Positions 10,568-21,868 are shown, counted from the stretch's first letter. The stretch is 64,000 bases of DNA from a bacterium (GCA_030688365.1 JAUYIE010000005.1:5764-69763), one strand, 5' to 3'. Notes: generated by a model from the letters alone, not told the origin. Made by a program: numbers and translations.

Positions 10568-11621
10568 TAAGTATAAGCAAGAAAAACCCTATCAAGTGAG
10601 CGGTATTTTCCGCATTTTTTGGCATCGGCTTTCCGCGAAGTTTTTCAATTATGGCAAATAATGCTCTTCCCCCATCTAATGCCGGAAGAGGAAGAATGTT
10701 CAAAATTGCCAAACTTAAGGACAATTGAACCATAAACAGTAGAATATACGCAAAACCTTCCCGCATTGCAACCCCTGTATATGCCGCGATGCCGACTGGA
10801 CCTGAAAAATCGCTAAATACCATAGTCTGAAATGCATGAATCAAGAACACAATGATGGTGTAGATCATCATTGCAACCGCTGAAAATGCAACGGGAATTG
10901 ATTGAAAAAATGAATACGAAACTATACCACCATCAGTTAGAGCTACTCCAAGACCAGCTTTTTGCACAGTAATCTCGTTCCCATTCTCGTCTTGTGATTG
11001 GAATGCTATTGTCCCAATTGTTGGCGTAACTACATGTTCCTCTTTTCCTCTTTTCAGTACCATATTTAGTTTTTTACCCCCGCTATCAGACAAATATGTG
11101 GTAACTTCACTGTATGTAGAGAATTCATTTCCGTCGATACTGATAATCTTATCATTGGGTTGTATATCCACCATTGATGCTGCTGTATCAGGTAAAACAC
11201 TTGTGACTACAACAGCGCGATCGCGAATTGTGCCTGTACCATCATAATCAGTCACATCAGCCGGCATACCAATGTTAAAACCAATACACATTAATATAAT
11301 TGCCAATAAGACATTCATTCCCACTCCAGCTGACAAGATAATAAGACGTTTCCATATAGCTTTTCCCGCAAAACTATCCTCATCTTTTGCATCTTCGCCT
11401 TGTTCCCCTTTAAGACGCACAAAACCACCCAAAGGAAGCCAATTTATAGTAAACATGGTCTTTTTACCCTGAATTTTCGCTGCGCGAGGAGGAAAACCAA
11501 TCGCAAATTCATCTACATGAACACCAAAAAGTCGGGCACTAATAAAATGTCCCCATTCATGCGCGATCACCAATATACTGAGAATTAAGACAAATACAAT
11601 TATCGTCAAAAAAATCATCAT
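10524..11621 (-). CDS. rseP: RIP metalloprotease RseP (site-2 protease)
   Basis: HEWGHF (HExxH), PDZ domain, LNILPLPALDGG motif. Confidence 0.85.
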   Translation of the reverse strand: MMIFLTIIVFVLILSILVIAHEWGHFISARLFGVHVDEFAIGFPPRAAKIQGKKTMFTINWLPLGGFVRLKGEQGEDAKDEDSFAGKAIWKRLIILSAGVGMNVLLAIILMCIGFNIGMPADVTDYDGTGTIRDRAVVVTSVLPDTAASMVDIQPNDKIISIDGNEFSTYSEVTTYLSDSGGKKLNMVLKRGKEEHVVTPTIGTIAFQSQDENGNEITVQKAGLGVALTDGGIVSYSFFQSIPVAFSAVAMMIYTIIVFLIHAFQTMVFSDFSGPVGIAAYTGVAMREGFAYILLFMVQLSLSLAILNILPLPALDGGRALFAIIEKLRGKPMPKNAENTAHLIGFFLLILIVILATVKDVRALF

Positions 11622-11623
11622 AA

Positions 11624-12178
11624 TTATATGGTAATGATTTCTTGCTCTTTTTTATCGCCAATGTCCTGCATTTTTTTTGTATAATCCTTTGTTATCAAAT
11701 CAAGCTGTTCCAATAGCTCATACCGGTCATCTTCGGTAATCTCCTTATTTTTTTCAGCTTTCAATATTGATTCTTTTATTGAGTCACGTATACTCCGCAA
11801 TCCAACGCGAGCCGTCTCAAGTTTTGCATTCATTACCTTTACCATCGCGTTTCTACTTTCTTCTGTCATTTCTGGAAAAATGATACGAATTGTCGTTCCT
11901 TCATTAACAGGATTTACACTAAGATTTGCGTTCGAAATCGCGGTTTCAATACTTTTAATCACGGATGGATCCCAAGGAGAAATCACTAAAGAACGAGCAT
12001 CAGGCACACTTATAGAAGCGACTCCTTTTAATGGAGTCATGGATCCATAAACATCAACCATAATGTTCTCAATTAAAGTGGCACTTGCCCTGCCGGTACG
12101 AAGTCCTGAAAGCTCTTGTTTTAGATGCTCGACACCTTGAGAAAATTCTTGTTCATGCGCTGTAATCAATGTATGCAT
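11624..12178 (-). CDS. frr: Ribosome recycling factor
   Basis: 184 aa, RRF family pattern (LSGLRTGRASATLIENIMVDVYG...). Confidence 0.9.
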   Translation of the reverse strand: MHTLITAHEQEFSQGVEHLKQELSGLRTGRASATLIENIMVDVYGSMTPLKGVASISVPDARSLVISPWDPSVIKSIETAISNANLSVNPVNEGTTIRIIFPEMTEESRNAMVKVMNAKLETARVGLRSIRDSIKESILKAEKNKEITEDDRYELLEQLDLITKDYTKKMQDIGDKKEQEIITI

Positions 12179-12188
12179 AGATGGTGTG

Positions 12189-13295
12189 TTATTTAAAATA
12201 TGGTGATGGAGGTGAATAGATGTTTGTACCTAAATAAATAGTAGCGGTATTATACGGATCAAACAAGAGTTGAGACGATGATCTATTACTTGGCAATGGA
12301 CGAGATATCCAGTGTGCTCCACCATCAGTCGTACGGTAAAAGGTAGATTGTGTTGCATACACAATTTCATCATCATTATTTGGGTTGACAGCCACGGAAA
12401 AAATCAAAGCACGCCCCGATGGAGTAAGCAATGGAACTTTCTCCCATGAATCCCCCATTGAGCTAGTTCGATACATTGTATCGTCATTTACAAATAGTAG
12501 TCCTCCTGTTTTTTTCAATGTCCCGACCCACCGGAACACTGGCGAAGAAAAATCTCTTTTTAAAGGCTCTGACACATCTTCCCATGACAATCCCTTATCC
12601 TTACTACGAAAAATACCTTTTTTACGGGTTGCCACATATATCACATGTGAATCAAGCCGATCAATAACCAGATCATCAATTTCTATGTTTGGAAACCTAT
12701 ATATTGCTGTCCATGTATTTCCACGATCAGTGCTTTTGAGAATATCTCCCTTTGTAGTCGTTAGATAGACAATTTCTGGTTTGATCGGATCTGTTTCCAC
12801 ACTTGTTAGCGAAGTCATTCGGCGTGTTTCATCATAACTGATTGTCCATTCCGTACCACACTTGGTCGTTTTATGCAGCTGTGTAGGCGTCAAAACATAT
12901 AAGACACACCGAGAATCAGCGTCAAGTGCTATATCAACGACTTTTTCATTGGGTAGGGTGTTTGTCCATGTTTCCCCGGCATTGGTACTGGTAAAAAGCC
13001 CCTTTGCAGTCGTCCCCGCAAAAAGATTGGCTCCGTTTCGTGGATCTACCTTTATTGAAAGTACTTGCTCGTTTCCAAAACTCTGTTTTTTCCCATCCAT
13101 AGTAACAACAGAGTGCTTTGACACCCATGTCTCCCCACTATCAAGAGTTTTCCATATACCACCTTGTGGCGAACTGCCAAATTTCAAGGTACACCCTGCA
13201 CCAAGAAGTAATATGGCGGAAAACATGAAAATTGATAATAAAAAACGATGCATATTAGAAAAAAAGATGTTCGGAAGCATTTTGAAATGTTCCAA
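12189..13295 (-). CDS. BNR/Ycf48-like repeat lipoprotein
   Basis: Seven S/G-x-(D/E)-x-G-x-(S/T)-W BNR motifs (SGETW, AGETW, CGTEW, RGNTW, KGLSW, MGDSW, GGAHW); signal peptide with LGAGC lipobox-like cysteine. Confidence 0.6.
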   Translation of the reverse strand: MEHFKMLPNIFFSNMHRFLLSIFMFSAILLLGAGCTLKFGSSPQGGIWKTLDSGETWVSKHSVVTMDGKKQSFGNEQVLSIKVDPRNGANLFAGTTAKGLFTSTNAGETWTNTLPNEKVVDIALDADSRCVLYVLTPTQLHKTTKCGTEWTISYDETRRMTSLTSVETDPIKPEIVYLTTTKGDILKSTDRGNTWTAIYRFPNIEIDDLVIDRLDSHVIYVATRKKGIFRSKDKGLSWEDVSEPLKRDFSSPVFRWVGTLKKTGGLLFVNDDTMYRTSSMGDSWEKVPLLTPSGRALIFSVAVNPNNDDEIVYATQSTFYRTTDGGAHWISRPLPSNRSSSQLLFDPYNTATIYLGTNIYSPPSPYFK

Positions 13296-14067
13296 TTTGT
13301 GCCGCTGAATGTACGGCTATATAATGATTATTATATGATATGAATAATTTTTTTTCGTCTTCTCGCGTGGAGTACGCCATTTGTGATAATGCAATTTCTA
13401 CATCAACCAGAGCTTCTTCAGTCAATGCCGACGAGACTGCTAACTGTTGGTATGCGGGAGACGTAAACTGTTTTACATCAAACTGCCCTACTTCATCAGG
13501 ACTACGTAATGCTATACCTGGCAGACCACATGAATGCATCACTATCCTCTCGTCAACATTCATACCACATTTTTTCATATCTTCTTGCATCACTTTTAAG
13601 GGTATCTGACGAAATCTGACAACACATGCACGAGATAATATCGTCGCAAGCAATCGCGAAACTCTATGAACAATCAAAATAAAAAGGACGCGCGCTTTTG
13701 GTTCTTCCATCACTTTTAAAAGCGCATTGGAAGCACCCTCCGATAGATGATCTGCACCATCAATCATAATGATGTGCCATGCTTCAGTATTTTTTGTATA
13801 CAACGATCCGGAAATACATGTGCGTATTTCATCAATACTGATTATCTTGTGTACTCGCCGCTCCTCTTCCCATGAATTGATATGGTGTACCGCCGATACA
13901 GGGTGTGCCTGTTTCATCTGTTGTACAAAAATATCCGCAACAGTACGCTTTCCCACATGCTCTGGGCCTGCAAATACCATACATTGCGGTACTATATTCT
14001 GCTCTAATACATGCTGTAGATAGCCGATGCTTATTTTATGACCTATGATGGATTGCCAGTCATTCAT
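13255..14067 (-). CDS. holB: DNA polymerase III subunit delta' (AAA+ clamp-loader subunit)
   Basis: FAGPEHVGKRTVA P-loop-like, LLKVMEEP, SRC-like SRACVVRF; 270 aa. Confidence 0.7.
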   Translation of the reverse strand: MNDWQSIIGHKISIGYLQHVLEQNIVPQCMVFAGPEHVGKRTVADIFVQQMKQAHPVSAVHHINSWEEERRVHKIISIDEIRTCISGSLYTKNTEAWHIIMIDGADHLSEGASNALLKVMEEPKARVLFILIVHRVSRLLATILSRACVVRFRQIPLKVMQEDMKKCGMNVDERIVMHSCGLPGIALRSPDEVGQFDVKQFTSPAYQQLAVSSALTEEALVDVEIALSQMAYSTREDEKKLFISYNNHYIAVHSAAQIGTFQNASEHLFF

Positions 14068-14140
14068 ATATGGTTAGTGTAGCAGGTTTTGGAAGAAAAG
14101 AGAATATGATGAAAATGACAGGTGTATACACATCATCACT

Positions 14141-15265
14141 TCAAGTCAACAGCTCCAATGTCTTTTTTGCGCATTTCTCCCAACTAAATCTCTTGATATT
14201 CTCAAGTCCTTTAATAATCAAATCTTGCCTCAAAACGCTATCATTCATCAGTCTGTTCAATTTTTCTGCTAAGTCTTCACTTGAATGAACATTATGATAT
14301 AACGCTCCACCACCTCCCACTTCAGGTAAACTTGCCGTATACGAAGCAACAACTGGCACGTGACAACTCTGTGCTTCAATGATTGGCAATCCAAAACCCT
14401 CATAAAAACTTGGGAATGAAAATACAGCAGCATTTCGGAGTAGTGCGATTTGTTGATCCTGATCTACCCACCCCAAAGATAAAATATCATCCTTATATCT
14501 ACTGTTTATTATTTTTTCTTCAATCGCGCGTGTAGCGAGACGAGGTTTACCGGCAATGACCAGTTTCAAATCGGGAAATCGTTCCTTCACTACGGAAAAT
14601 GCATCAATAAGAGTCGGCACATTCTTTTTGTGTTCAAGCGGAGAAATGGTCAAAATATAATTTTTGGGTATCAAGTCCCATTGTCTTAATACCAGTGCAT
14701 CAGCGATGGTTGTACTGTCACTTGCCGGTGTATACACACCAGCATCAAACCCCAAAGGTACCACGACAATACGAGTTGGATCAACATGATAATATTTTAT
14801 AATCTCACTCTTTGTAAACTCAGATATTGTAATAATGATATGAGCTCTTTTTACAGCATTTCTTGTCGTCCAATACAGATATTGCTGGCGTTTCCATTCA
14901 TAAATATCCTTATACGGTATAAACCCGACATCGTGAATGGTCGTTATTATTTTTTTTGATTGAATTAACGGAAGGGCATCTGCTGGTGAAAACCAGACAT
15001 CAGGTCGTTGATGTCCTGATGCAAGCAAATTCCATGTCAATCGCGTTTGTGGCCAAAACCATTTTGTTGGAGAATGTAAAATTTTTTCTGTAAAATTTTT
15101 AGGAAAAAAAGATTTTTCATCATCCGGAAATGGATTCGACGTATATAAAATATAGTTGTTCATTGTGTCCTGCAAAGCAAACTGATGCAACAGATGATAG
15201 GTATACCATTCTACTCCTGTCTTTTCCTTGCGAGCGGCAGGAGAAGCGTCAATGCCAATAGTCAT
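14141..15265 (-). CDS. Glycosyltransferase family 4 (GT-B, GT1/GT4)
   Basis: C-terminal EGFGLPIIEAQSCHVPVVAS motif. Confidence 0.8.
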   Translation of the reverse strand: MTIGIDASPAARKEKTGVEWYTYHLLHQFALQDTMNNYILYTSNPFPDDEKSFFPKNFTEKILHSPTKWFWPQTRLTWNLLASGHQRPDVWFSPADALPLIQSKKIITTIHDVGFIPYKDIYEWKRQQYLYWTTRNAVKRAHIIITISEFTKSEIIKYYHVDPTRIVVVPLGFDAGVYTPASDSTTIADALVLRQWDLIPKNYILTISPLEHKKNVPTLIDAFSVVKERFPDLKLVIAGKPRLATRAIEEKIINSRYKDDILSLGWVDQDQQIALLRNAAVFSFPSFYEGFGLPIIEAQSCHVPVVASYTASLPEVGGGGALYHNVHSSEDLAEKLNRLMNDSVLRQDLIIKGLENIKRFSWEKCAKKTLELLT

Positions 15266-15266
15266 A

Positions 15267-16274
15267 TTATTTTGTCGCTAAGATACTGCGCTTATACGCA
15301 TCCAAGTTCTCTAAAACAATACCCGTACCTTTGGCAACACACAAAAGCGCTTCGTCAGCGACATACGCAGTAATACCGGTTGCGCGAGTGATCAACTGAT
15401 CAAAATTGCGTAAAAGAGAACTACCTCCCGACATAATGATTCCTCTATCAATCACATCAGCTGCCAGTTCCGGTGGTGTATCCTGCAACACTGCCTTGAC
15501 TGCTGAAACAATACCATCAAGTTCGTGCGATATAGCGTTGGTCACATCATCAGAACTGATAGTGATCGTTTTTGGTAATCCTGAAATGATATCTCGCCCC
15601 CGCACTTGCATAATCAACTTATCTTCCATATATAGCGCCGACCCAATGGTAATTTTTATCTCCTCGGCAGTACGTTCACCGATAGCAAGGCCATATTTTT
15701 TACGAATATCCTCCACAACAGCCGCATCAAACTTGTTTCCGCCAATACGCACTGAATTGCATGCAACCACCCCACCTAGTGATATGACTGCAACCTCGGA
15801 CGTTCCCCCACCTATATCAATAATCATGTGCCCCGACGCATTACCAATAGGAATATTCGCACCGATCGCTGCTGCTACTGGTTCTTTAATAATATATGCA
15901 GCACGAGCTCCTGCTGCCAAAGTAGCGTCAATGACCGCACGACGCTCTGTGGAAGTGATTCCCGCAGGTACTGCTACCATCACCTCGGGACGAAACAAGC
16001 GAACCCCACCTAATGCTTTATTGATAAAATATCGTAACATCGCTTCCGTCGTCCGATAATCAGCAATAACGCCGTCTTTGAGCGGTCGTGATGCTACGAT
16101 AGTATCTGGCGTACGTCCCAACATCTCCTTCGCTTCATTGCCCACGGCCAACACTTTTTTATCAGCAACAGAAATCGCCACCACAGACGGTTCATTAATA
16201 ACAATACCCTTTTTGGGCATGTGAACCAGTACGTTGGTCGTACCCAAATCAATACCAATTTTTTTGTGTAGCAT
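15267..16274 (-). CDS. mreB: Rod shape-determining protein MreB
   Basis: [30 protein letters not shown], actin-fold ATPase, 335 aa. Confidence 0.9.
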   Translation of the reverse strand: MLHKKIGIDLGTTNVLVHMPKKGIVINEPSVVAISVADKKVLAVGNEAKEMLGRTPDTIVASRPLKDGVIADYRTTEAMLRYFINKALGGVRLFRPEVMVAVPAGITSTERRAVIDATLAAGARAAYIIKEPVAAAIGANIPIGNASGHMIIDIGGGTSEVAVISLGGVVACNSVRIGGNKFDAAVVEDIRKKYGLAIGERTAEEIKITIGSALYMEDKLIMQVRGRDIISGLPKTITISSDDVTNAISHELDGIVSAVKAVLQDTPPELAADVIDRGIIMSGGSSLLRNFDQLITRATGITAYVADEALLCVAKGTGIVLENLDAYKRSILATK

Positions 16275-16277
16275 AGA

Positions 16278-18212
16278 TCAAAGGTTCACGGAAAAAAATC
16301 TATCAACGCGGAGGTCAGATTGTAACTGGACGCTCTTTATATCTATTTTTGTATTGAAAAAACCTGTAGGTGAATATTCCTTAATAGGTTGTTGAAATGT
16401 TAGTTTCGCTTTGAATTGTTGATTGGTGACCCCTGCTTGTTTTTGTGCCAACAAAGTATAATGGCCAGATCGTACCATATCTTCAATGTGTGATGGCAAT
16501 TTGTACTCCACGCTGAAATGCTTTGTGGTACGCGGTTCAACCACAATGTAGGCGCCAAAATACGTCTTGTCAAGTTCTTGACCTACCACGACAGTACCCA
16601 CCTCATCAGATAATTCCTTTTCCATCGCACCCTGTGAGCTGATAAACGTACTACCATTGGGTACATAAATACGTACCCAATCACGGTACCGTGTTGTAAA
16701 CCATGTAAATGAACCATTATTGGTATAATATAAATCAACCCTTCCTCGCAGTGTACCGTCTTTTTGTTCTATCACTGTGTAATCAATATGTTTGTCCATC
16801 ACCGTATCTGTCTTGAGTGAAATCATGTTACTATCAGCTACCATGACAAAATCACCGTCTGTCTCTTTAAATTCACCGGTCCAATTTTGACTACGTGCAA
16901 AATTTTGCAACACAGGATCGTTTAGATACACCATGACTTGTCGTTCCTGCACTAATCTTTGCATTGTAGCAATAACCTCTGATAAACGTTCGGTGGGCAA
17001 CTTGTACAACCTTTGTAAAATTCTATCAGATAGAGTGCCAATAATTTCTTTTCGATTTGATTCTGTCACCCCTCTTTGGTAATACCCTTTTTCAACTTGA
17101 TATTGAAGTTCTGTCTCAAAATTTTCAGCGGTAAATACTATACCTTCCACATCAATAGGACCGACAAAGCGCAATAAGGGAACGATAAAATCCTGTGATA
17201 CTGCAATCACTCCGTCTAGATGTTCTTTACCACCTTCTTGCTCATAAAACCACATCGCTTTTTTAGCAGATTCACTAAAATCCGGTGACCAATTTGAATC
17301 GCGTAAAAACCATTGATTTGTCTTAAAATATTTTGCGATTGGCAATGGAGGTGCCACTTTCAGAGATAGAGCTGCATCATCAAGATTGTAGATATTGTCA
17401 GTTACAAACTCCTTTATTTCGCCGTTGTGCAATTTCAATATTCCATAATTACCAATAAATCCTCCACTTCCGCGCACTTCAGCATTGTTTTGCATCAAAA
17501 AAAGATACGTTTGTTTTTTTGGATACCCTAATAATGCAGGTCCCATATCAAAAAATGGTGAAAATATTTCAAATGCACTATTCAAGACATCAATCCCGTC
17601 AGTCGCTCTTTTAATAGAATCATCAAAAAAAGGATGCAAAATTCCCATATCCATATTGTGCAGTGCACTCTGTTGGAGTAATAAGTCAGCATGTACTGCA
17701 CGTAAATGATCACTTTCTTTTTCAACAAGACTCAATATCAATCCTTTTTGCTCTTCAGACACATCGCGTAACGAATATATGGTATCTCCACCCCCTAAAA
17801 TATCAAAAAAATCATTAGCAATTTCAACCCCTTGTTGTGCATCTATTATTAAGGACTGGCCTATATGGATGAAATTTAGAGTCGATTTATACGGTGTGTC
17901 AACGTAGGGAATGTGTGATAACAAAGTCAAATGACCAAATATTTCATTAAGTTCCTGTGTTGAATTATTCAGAACGTGCAATGCAGATGTTATACCATCC
18001 AAATCTCTGCTTTCTATTAGTACATGTATTGTGGATAATGAGTGTTTGATCTCCAAAGCAGTATGATAGGCGCGATACGCATAAAAACTGACATACAACA
18101 AAATGCTTATGATAAACACCACAAGCAGACTGGTTATCATTTTAAATAGTCGCCATGCAATTGCTCGACGTCTATAGTACCTATGTGAAAAATGTTTAGG
18201 CAAAAGATTCAT
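16278..18212 (-). CDS. DUF4012-like membrane-anchored extracytoplasmic protein
   Basis: N-terminal TM then 600 aa domain; this family is typically adjacent to envelope glycosyltransferases; assignment from memory. Confidence 0.4.
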   Translation of the reverse strand: MNLLPKHFSHRYYRRRAIAWRLFKMITSLLVVFIISILLYVSFYAYRAYHTALEIKHSLSTIHVLIESRDLDGITSALHVLNNSTQELNEIFGHLTLLSHIPYVDTPYKSTLNFIHIGQSLIIDAQQGVEIANDFFDILGGGDTIYSLRDVSEEQKGLILSLVEKESDHLRAVHADLLLQQSALHNMDMGILHPFFDDSIKRATDGIDVLNSAFEIFSPFFDMGPALLGYPKKQTYLFLMQNNAEVRGSGGFIGNYGILKLHNGEIKEFVTDNIYNLDDAALSLKVAPPLPIAKYFKTNQWFLRDSNWSPDFSESAKKAMWFYEQEGGKEHLDGVIAVSQDFIVPLLRFVGPIDVEGIVFTAENFETELQYQVEKGYYQRGVTESNRKEIIGTLSDRILQRLYKLPTERLSEVIATMQRLVQERQVMVYLNDPVLQNFARSQNWTGEFKETDGDFVMVADSNMISLKTDTVMDKHIDYTVIEQKDGTLRGRVDLYYTNNGSFTWFTTRYRDWVRIYVPNGSTFISSQGAMEKELSDEVGTVVVGQELDKTYFGAYIVVEPRTTKHFSVEYKLPSHIEDMVRSGHYTLLAQKQAGVTNQQFKAKLTFQQPIKEYSPTGFFNTKIDIKSVQLQSDLRVDRFFSVNL

Positions 18213-19003
18213 AACGATGTATTGATCCCGTGCTTAAAAAAATATTTTATACTACTCATGATATGAATGCGCGTGATACTCTTAAATATGTCCAAAATAC
18301 CACCACCAGCAGACTCACGATGATATAAGTGTGTCATTGTGGCATTAGGTAAATAATGCACTGCCTTTCCTGACTTCCAAAAGGTTCGACATAAATCCAC
18401 GTCTTCCATATAGAGAAAAAATTTCTCATCCATCATACCTACATCCTCATAATCCTTTCGACGAACACATAAAACCGCTCCCAACAACCAGTCTACCGAT
18501 GTTGGGATATCCAAGGAGACGTCGCGCATGAGAAAATGTTGTAAATGACGTTTCCCCAGCCATGTGCGTGCGAATATAGTGCGACGATACATTGGCGTCA
18601 AAAGTCTATAAAAACGATAATACGATTGCTGAATAGCGCCATCTGGATTATGCAAGCGTGGGCCAACGATCCCCACGTCAGGATGACTACGCAAGTATCC
18701 AACCATTGTGTCCAATGATCCTGCATGAGGAGTAACATCAGGGTTGCAAATAAGGATGTGATCACCGCTTGCGCGCCTGGCACCCGCATTATTGGCCCGC
18801 GACAAACCGACGTTTCTCCCCATTGATATATAGTGTACAGCAGGAAAACGTTCTTGTAGAATCGTCTCAAGACCTCTACCGGGAGAATTATCCACAACAA
18901 TGATCTCCTGCGACAAAGAAGTATGCAAGTGTGTAAATTCCTTCACACATTCTCGGGCAAGTCCTTCCGAGTGGTAATTAACTATAATGATAGAAACATC
19001 CAT
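18209..19003 (-). CDS. Glycosyltransferase family 2
   Basis: MDVSIIIVNYHS..., DxD-type GT-A fold. Confidence 0.8.
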   Translation of the reverse strand: MDVSIIIVNYHSEGLARECVKEFTHLHTSLSQEIIVVDNSPGRGLETILQERFPAVHYISMGRNVGLSRANNAGARRASGDHILICNPDVTPHAGSLDTMVGYLRSHPDVGIVGPRLHNPDGAIQQSYYRFYRLLTPMYRRTIFARTWLGKRHLQHFLMRDVSLDIPTSVDWLLGAVLCVRRKDYEDVGMMDEKFFLYMEDVDLCRTFWKSGKAVHYLPNATMTHLYHRESAGGGILDIFKSITRIHIMSSIKYFFKHGINTSL

Positions 19004-19007
19004 AGAA

Positions 19008-19979
19008 TTATTGCAAAAATTTCATGATCTCATGATTATTGACAAAACGACGAGACATGATCTTTGTTCGTTTAGTTGTCATTTTTTTTCGTAACTTCCA
19101 CATATCCTTTATTCCGGCTAATGTTGCCCGTTCCATTACAAGCAAATAGCATAGTTTAGCAGTCTCATATAGGGTAATAAAAGGGAAACATCGGGCAAAG
19201 ACACCTCCGCTTAGATTTTTTTTTAACATATACCAATGATTCCGATACGACCAATAATTGACTTTTTTGTTGGTTCGTATCAAGGCATCTCCCTTTGTCC
19301 GAAAGTGATATGCGCGCGCACTGGGTACACAATACGATGTCCAGTTGCGCCAGTGCAACCTATACGCAATATCCACATCCTCTTTATACATAAAAAAATC
19401 CTCGTCAAAGTATTCATGTCTACCATCTATATCAATGGCGATATCTTCTAGCGCTGTACGACGATACATAGCGCACGCACCTGACGGACCAAATATCTCA
19501 AACGGTTCACTCCATGACACAACATGTCGTTCATCTTTGACATTGTGGCTTTTTTTGATACGAATACCGCATGTGTCTATATCTTCTGTCTTTTTAATCC
19601 TGCCATCCCCATTCCACTGCGCGCGTTGCAAAATTCCACTTACCGATGCAACAGCCGGATTATTTTCTAAAAATACAACACACTCACGCACGTAATCCGG
19701 CTCAATAATCATGTCTTGATTAAACAACATGACGTAGTCTGATTCACTTTGACGGATCACTTCGTTGTGCCCTACTCCAAAACCATTATTTTTTTCAGAT
19801 AGTATCAGCGTGGTATGCGGTGCATGTTTTTTAATATATGCGACTGACTCATCTGTTGATGCATTGTCCAAAATCACAAGTCGTACGTCTTCTTCCAAAA
19901 GCGCATTCAAGGTGGGTAATGCGTATGGCAAATAACCAACCGCATTGTACGTAACCATGCTTATCGTAACTTTTGCCAT
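19008..19979 (-). CDS. Glycosyltransferase family 2
   Basis: VTISMVTYNAVGYLPYALPTL..., MLFNQD, GT-A fold. Confidence 0.8.
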   Translation of the reverse strand: MAKVTISMVTYNAVGYLPYALPTLNALLEEDVRLVILDNASTDESVAYIKKHAPHTTLILSEKNNGFGVGHNEVIRQSESDYVMLFNQDMIIEPDYVRECVVFLENNPAVASVSGILQRAQWNGDGRIKKTEDIDTCGIRIKKSHNVKDERHVVSWSEPFEIFGPSGACAMYRRTALEDIAIDIDGRHEYFDEDFFMYKEDVDIAYRLHWRNWTSYCVPSARAYHFRTKGDALIRTNKKVNYWSYRNHWYMLKKNLSGGVFARCFPFITLYETAKLCYLLVMERATLAGIKDMWKLRKKMTTKRTKIMSRRFVNNHEIMKFLQ

Positions 19980-19986
19980 AAATCCT

Positions 19987-21471
19987 TTATTTTCGTGCTT
20001 TTTCTGTCACCCAAAATCCTAAATATCGTCCAAAAAACATACGAGTCTGGGCATCAATTGCAGGTAGGGAGCTTAGCACAATCAATGTAATTGGCAAGAG
20101 TATCCACTGGGCGATCATATATATCATTTTGTGTGCAGAATGAGTTTTTGGGCGAGGAGGTAAGGCAATGATCGTGAGTATAGCAATAACAATCACCCCC
20201 ACCAATGTAAGGTTCAAAAGATTTTCAAGTATAAACGGCGCATTTTGCGCGAGTGCTGTTTGAGAAACCTCACCATGAGCAAAATAAAGTGGCAAACGAC
20301 CAAGTGCAAAAATCAAAATTGGAGCCGTCGCCCATGTATACATACCCTCCAACTGTATCCACAAATATTTGATCCTTTTTTTTAATGGAATCAGATTATC
20401 GTGCCAAAATCTCGTTACCATAAACGGAAAATGTTCTACTCCCCACGCCCACCGTCGTTGTTGTTTGTAGAGATTGACCAGACTAGCCCATTGGGTACGT
20501 GCTTGCACGGTATCCATGTTAACGGGCACGTATATCGGTGTTACTGAATAATCTCCATGATACCGCAAAAAACATTGCAAAAATATACGTGAATCCTCAC
20601 TGACAATATCATTTTGCCAAAATCCAACATCAACCAATGCTTTAAAACTCATACTGTGTGAAGAGAATGTAAAAAGACGATCAGGTCGAGCAAGCTCTGA
20701 CAACAACCAAAATGTCGTACCAAATGCCGCCAAACGCATGGGTGCTGATGATTCCCAGATATTGTTATTATACAAAACGACAGGTTGGTAACTGGTACGA
20801 GTTGGATGAGGATGATGCAAATACGCGTGAGTAAGAGCAGCAAAATATTGTGGATGCGGATTTGTATCAATATCAAACGTTGACACGATAATATCTTCAT
20901 AGGGTATATTGAGCGTATCAATGACCTTTTTGACGTGTTTTCCTGCATAATTGATGTTCGCTCCTTTGGAAGCCATTTCGCCAGCAACATTGTCAGGGTG
21001 GAGCGTCACAATAAATTTAAAAAACTTTGGTCCGTATTTTTTCTTCATTTTTTCAGCAATTTTTTCAAAATGCTCTTGCGCCCGCGCTTCACCTGCAAGT
21101 ACAACGATAAATCGCTCCATTGAATAATGGCTCCTTAAAATAGACTGCAATGTGGTGTCAACAATCTCTTCTTCCTCTTTTGACATTGGTAAAAACAAAA
21201 GATGATATATATTTTTCCATTTTTTATTATCTTTCGTCAAAGTATCAAACCAATCCACTCGTAATGCCGACATAAATTTCCGCCAGCCATAGAGTAAAAA
21301 AATAAGAAAATAAACGACACGGTATAGCCAGAGAAGATCAAACAGTATAATAAAATAAATTACCCACAGTGGCTGAAAAAAAGAAAAAACAAGAGCACCA
21401 ATAAAGGTGCCCCAGAGTAAAAATCCCGGTACCATCTCCAACAACCGATATGTACGCGTGCGGGAATTCAT
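19987..21471 (-). CDS. Processive family-2 glycosyltransferase (cellulose/chitin-synthase-like polysaccharide synthase)
   Basis: N- and C-terminal TM helices flanking a GT-A domain; QQRRW (Q-x-x-R-W) processive synthase motif in YKQQRRWAWG. Confidence 0.6.
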   Translation of the reverse strand: MNSRTRTYRLLEMVPGFLLWGTFIGALVFSFFQPLWVIYFIILFDLLWLYRVVYFLIFLLYGWRKFMSALRVDWFDTLTKDNKKWKNIYHLLFLPMSKEEEEIVDTTLQSILRSHYSMERFIVVLAGEARAQEHFEKIAEKMKKKYGPKFFKFIVTLHPDNVAGEMASKGANINYAGKHVKKVIDTLNIPYEDIIVSTFDIDTNPHPQYFAALTHAYLHHPHPTRTSYQPVVLYNNNIWESSAPMRLAAFGTTFWLLSELARPDRLFTFSSHSMSFKALVDVGFWQNDIVSEDSRIFLQCFLRYHGDYSVTPIYVPVNMDTVQARTQWASLVNLYKQQRRWAWGVEHFPFMVTRFWHDNLIPLKKRIKYLWIQLEGMYTWATAPILIFALGRLPLYFAHGEVSQTALAQNAPFILENLLNLTLVGVIVIAILTIIALPPRPKTHSAHKMIYMIAQWILLPITLIVLSSLPAIDAQTRMFFGRYLGFWVTEKARK

Positions 21472-21484
21472 GATCGTTTATCAG

Positions 21485-21868
21485 CTATTTGGTTTTCTTT
21501 GCTTTCTTGGATGATTTGGCTGATTTTGTAATAGGTGTCTTTGTGTCTATCATTTCTTCCAATTCAAGTCCGTTTTTAAAATCTTCCCAACGATCCTTTA
21601 GCGCTATTGCTACATCATTAAGATATTCCTTGCCAATTTTTGAACTCTTTGAAAAATCCTTGACTGACGCCATTACCATATCTTCGTATGCGCCACGTGA
21701 CATTTTTTTCAAATTTTTTGACTGTACTAAAAACTGCTTAGAAAACGTATCAATCAACTTTTTGACATCTTTATGTGTCTTTTTTCCTGACTGTGGCGCC
21801 AAAAACAACGTCGCAACTCCAGCGATCAATGCCCCAAATGCCGCTCCCTTCATAAATGGCTTACTCAT
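21485..21868 (-). CDS. YtxH-domain protein
   Basis: GAAFGALIAGVATLFLAPQSGKKTHKDVKK matches the YtxH/DUF948 N-terminal pattern. Confidence 0.55.
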   Translation of the reverse strand: MSKPFMKGAAFGALIAGVATLFLAPQSGKKTHKDVKKLIDTFSKQFLVQSKNLKKMSRGAYEDMVMASVKDFSKSSKIGKEYLNDVAIALKDRWEDFKNGLELEEMIDTKTPITKSAKSSKKAKKTK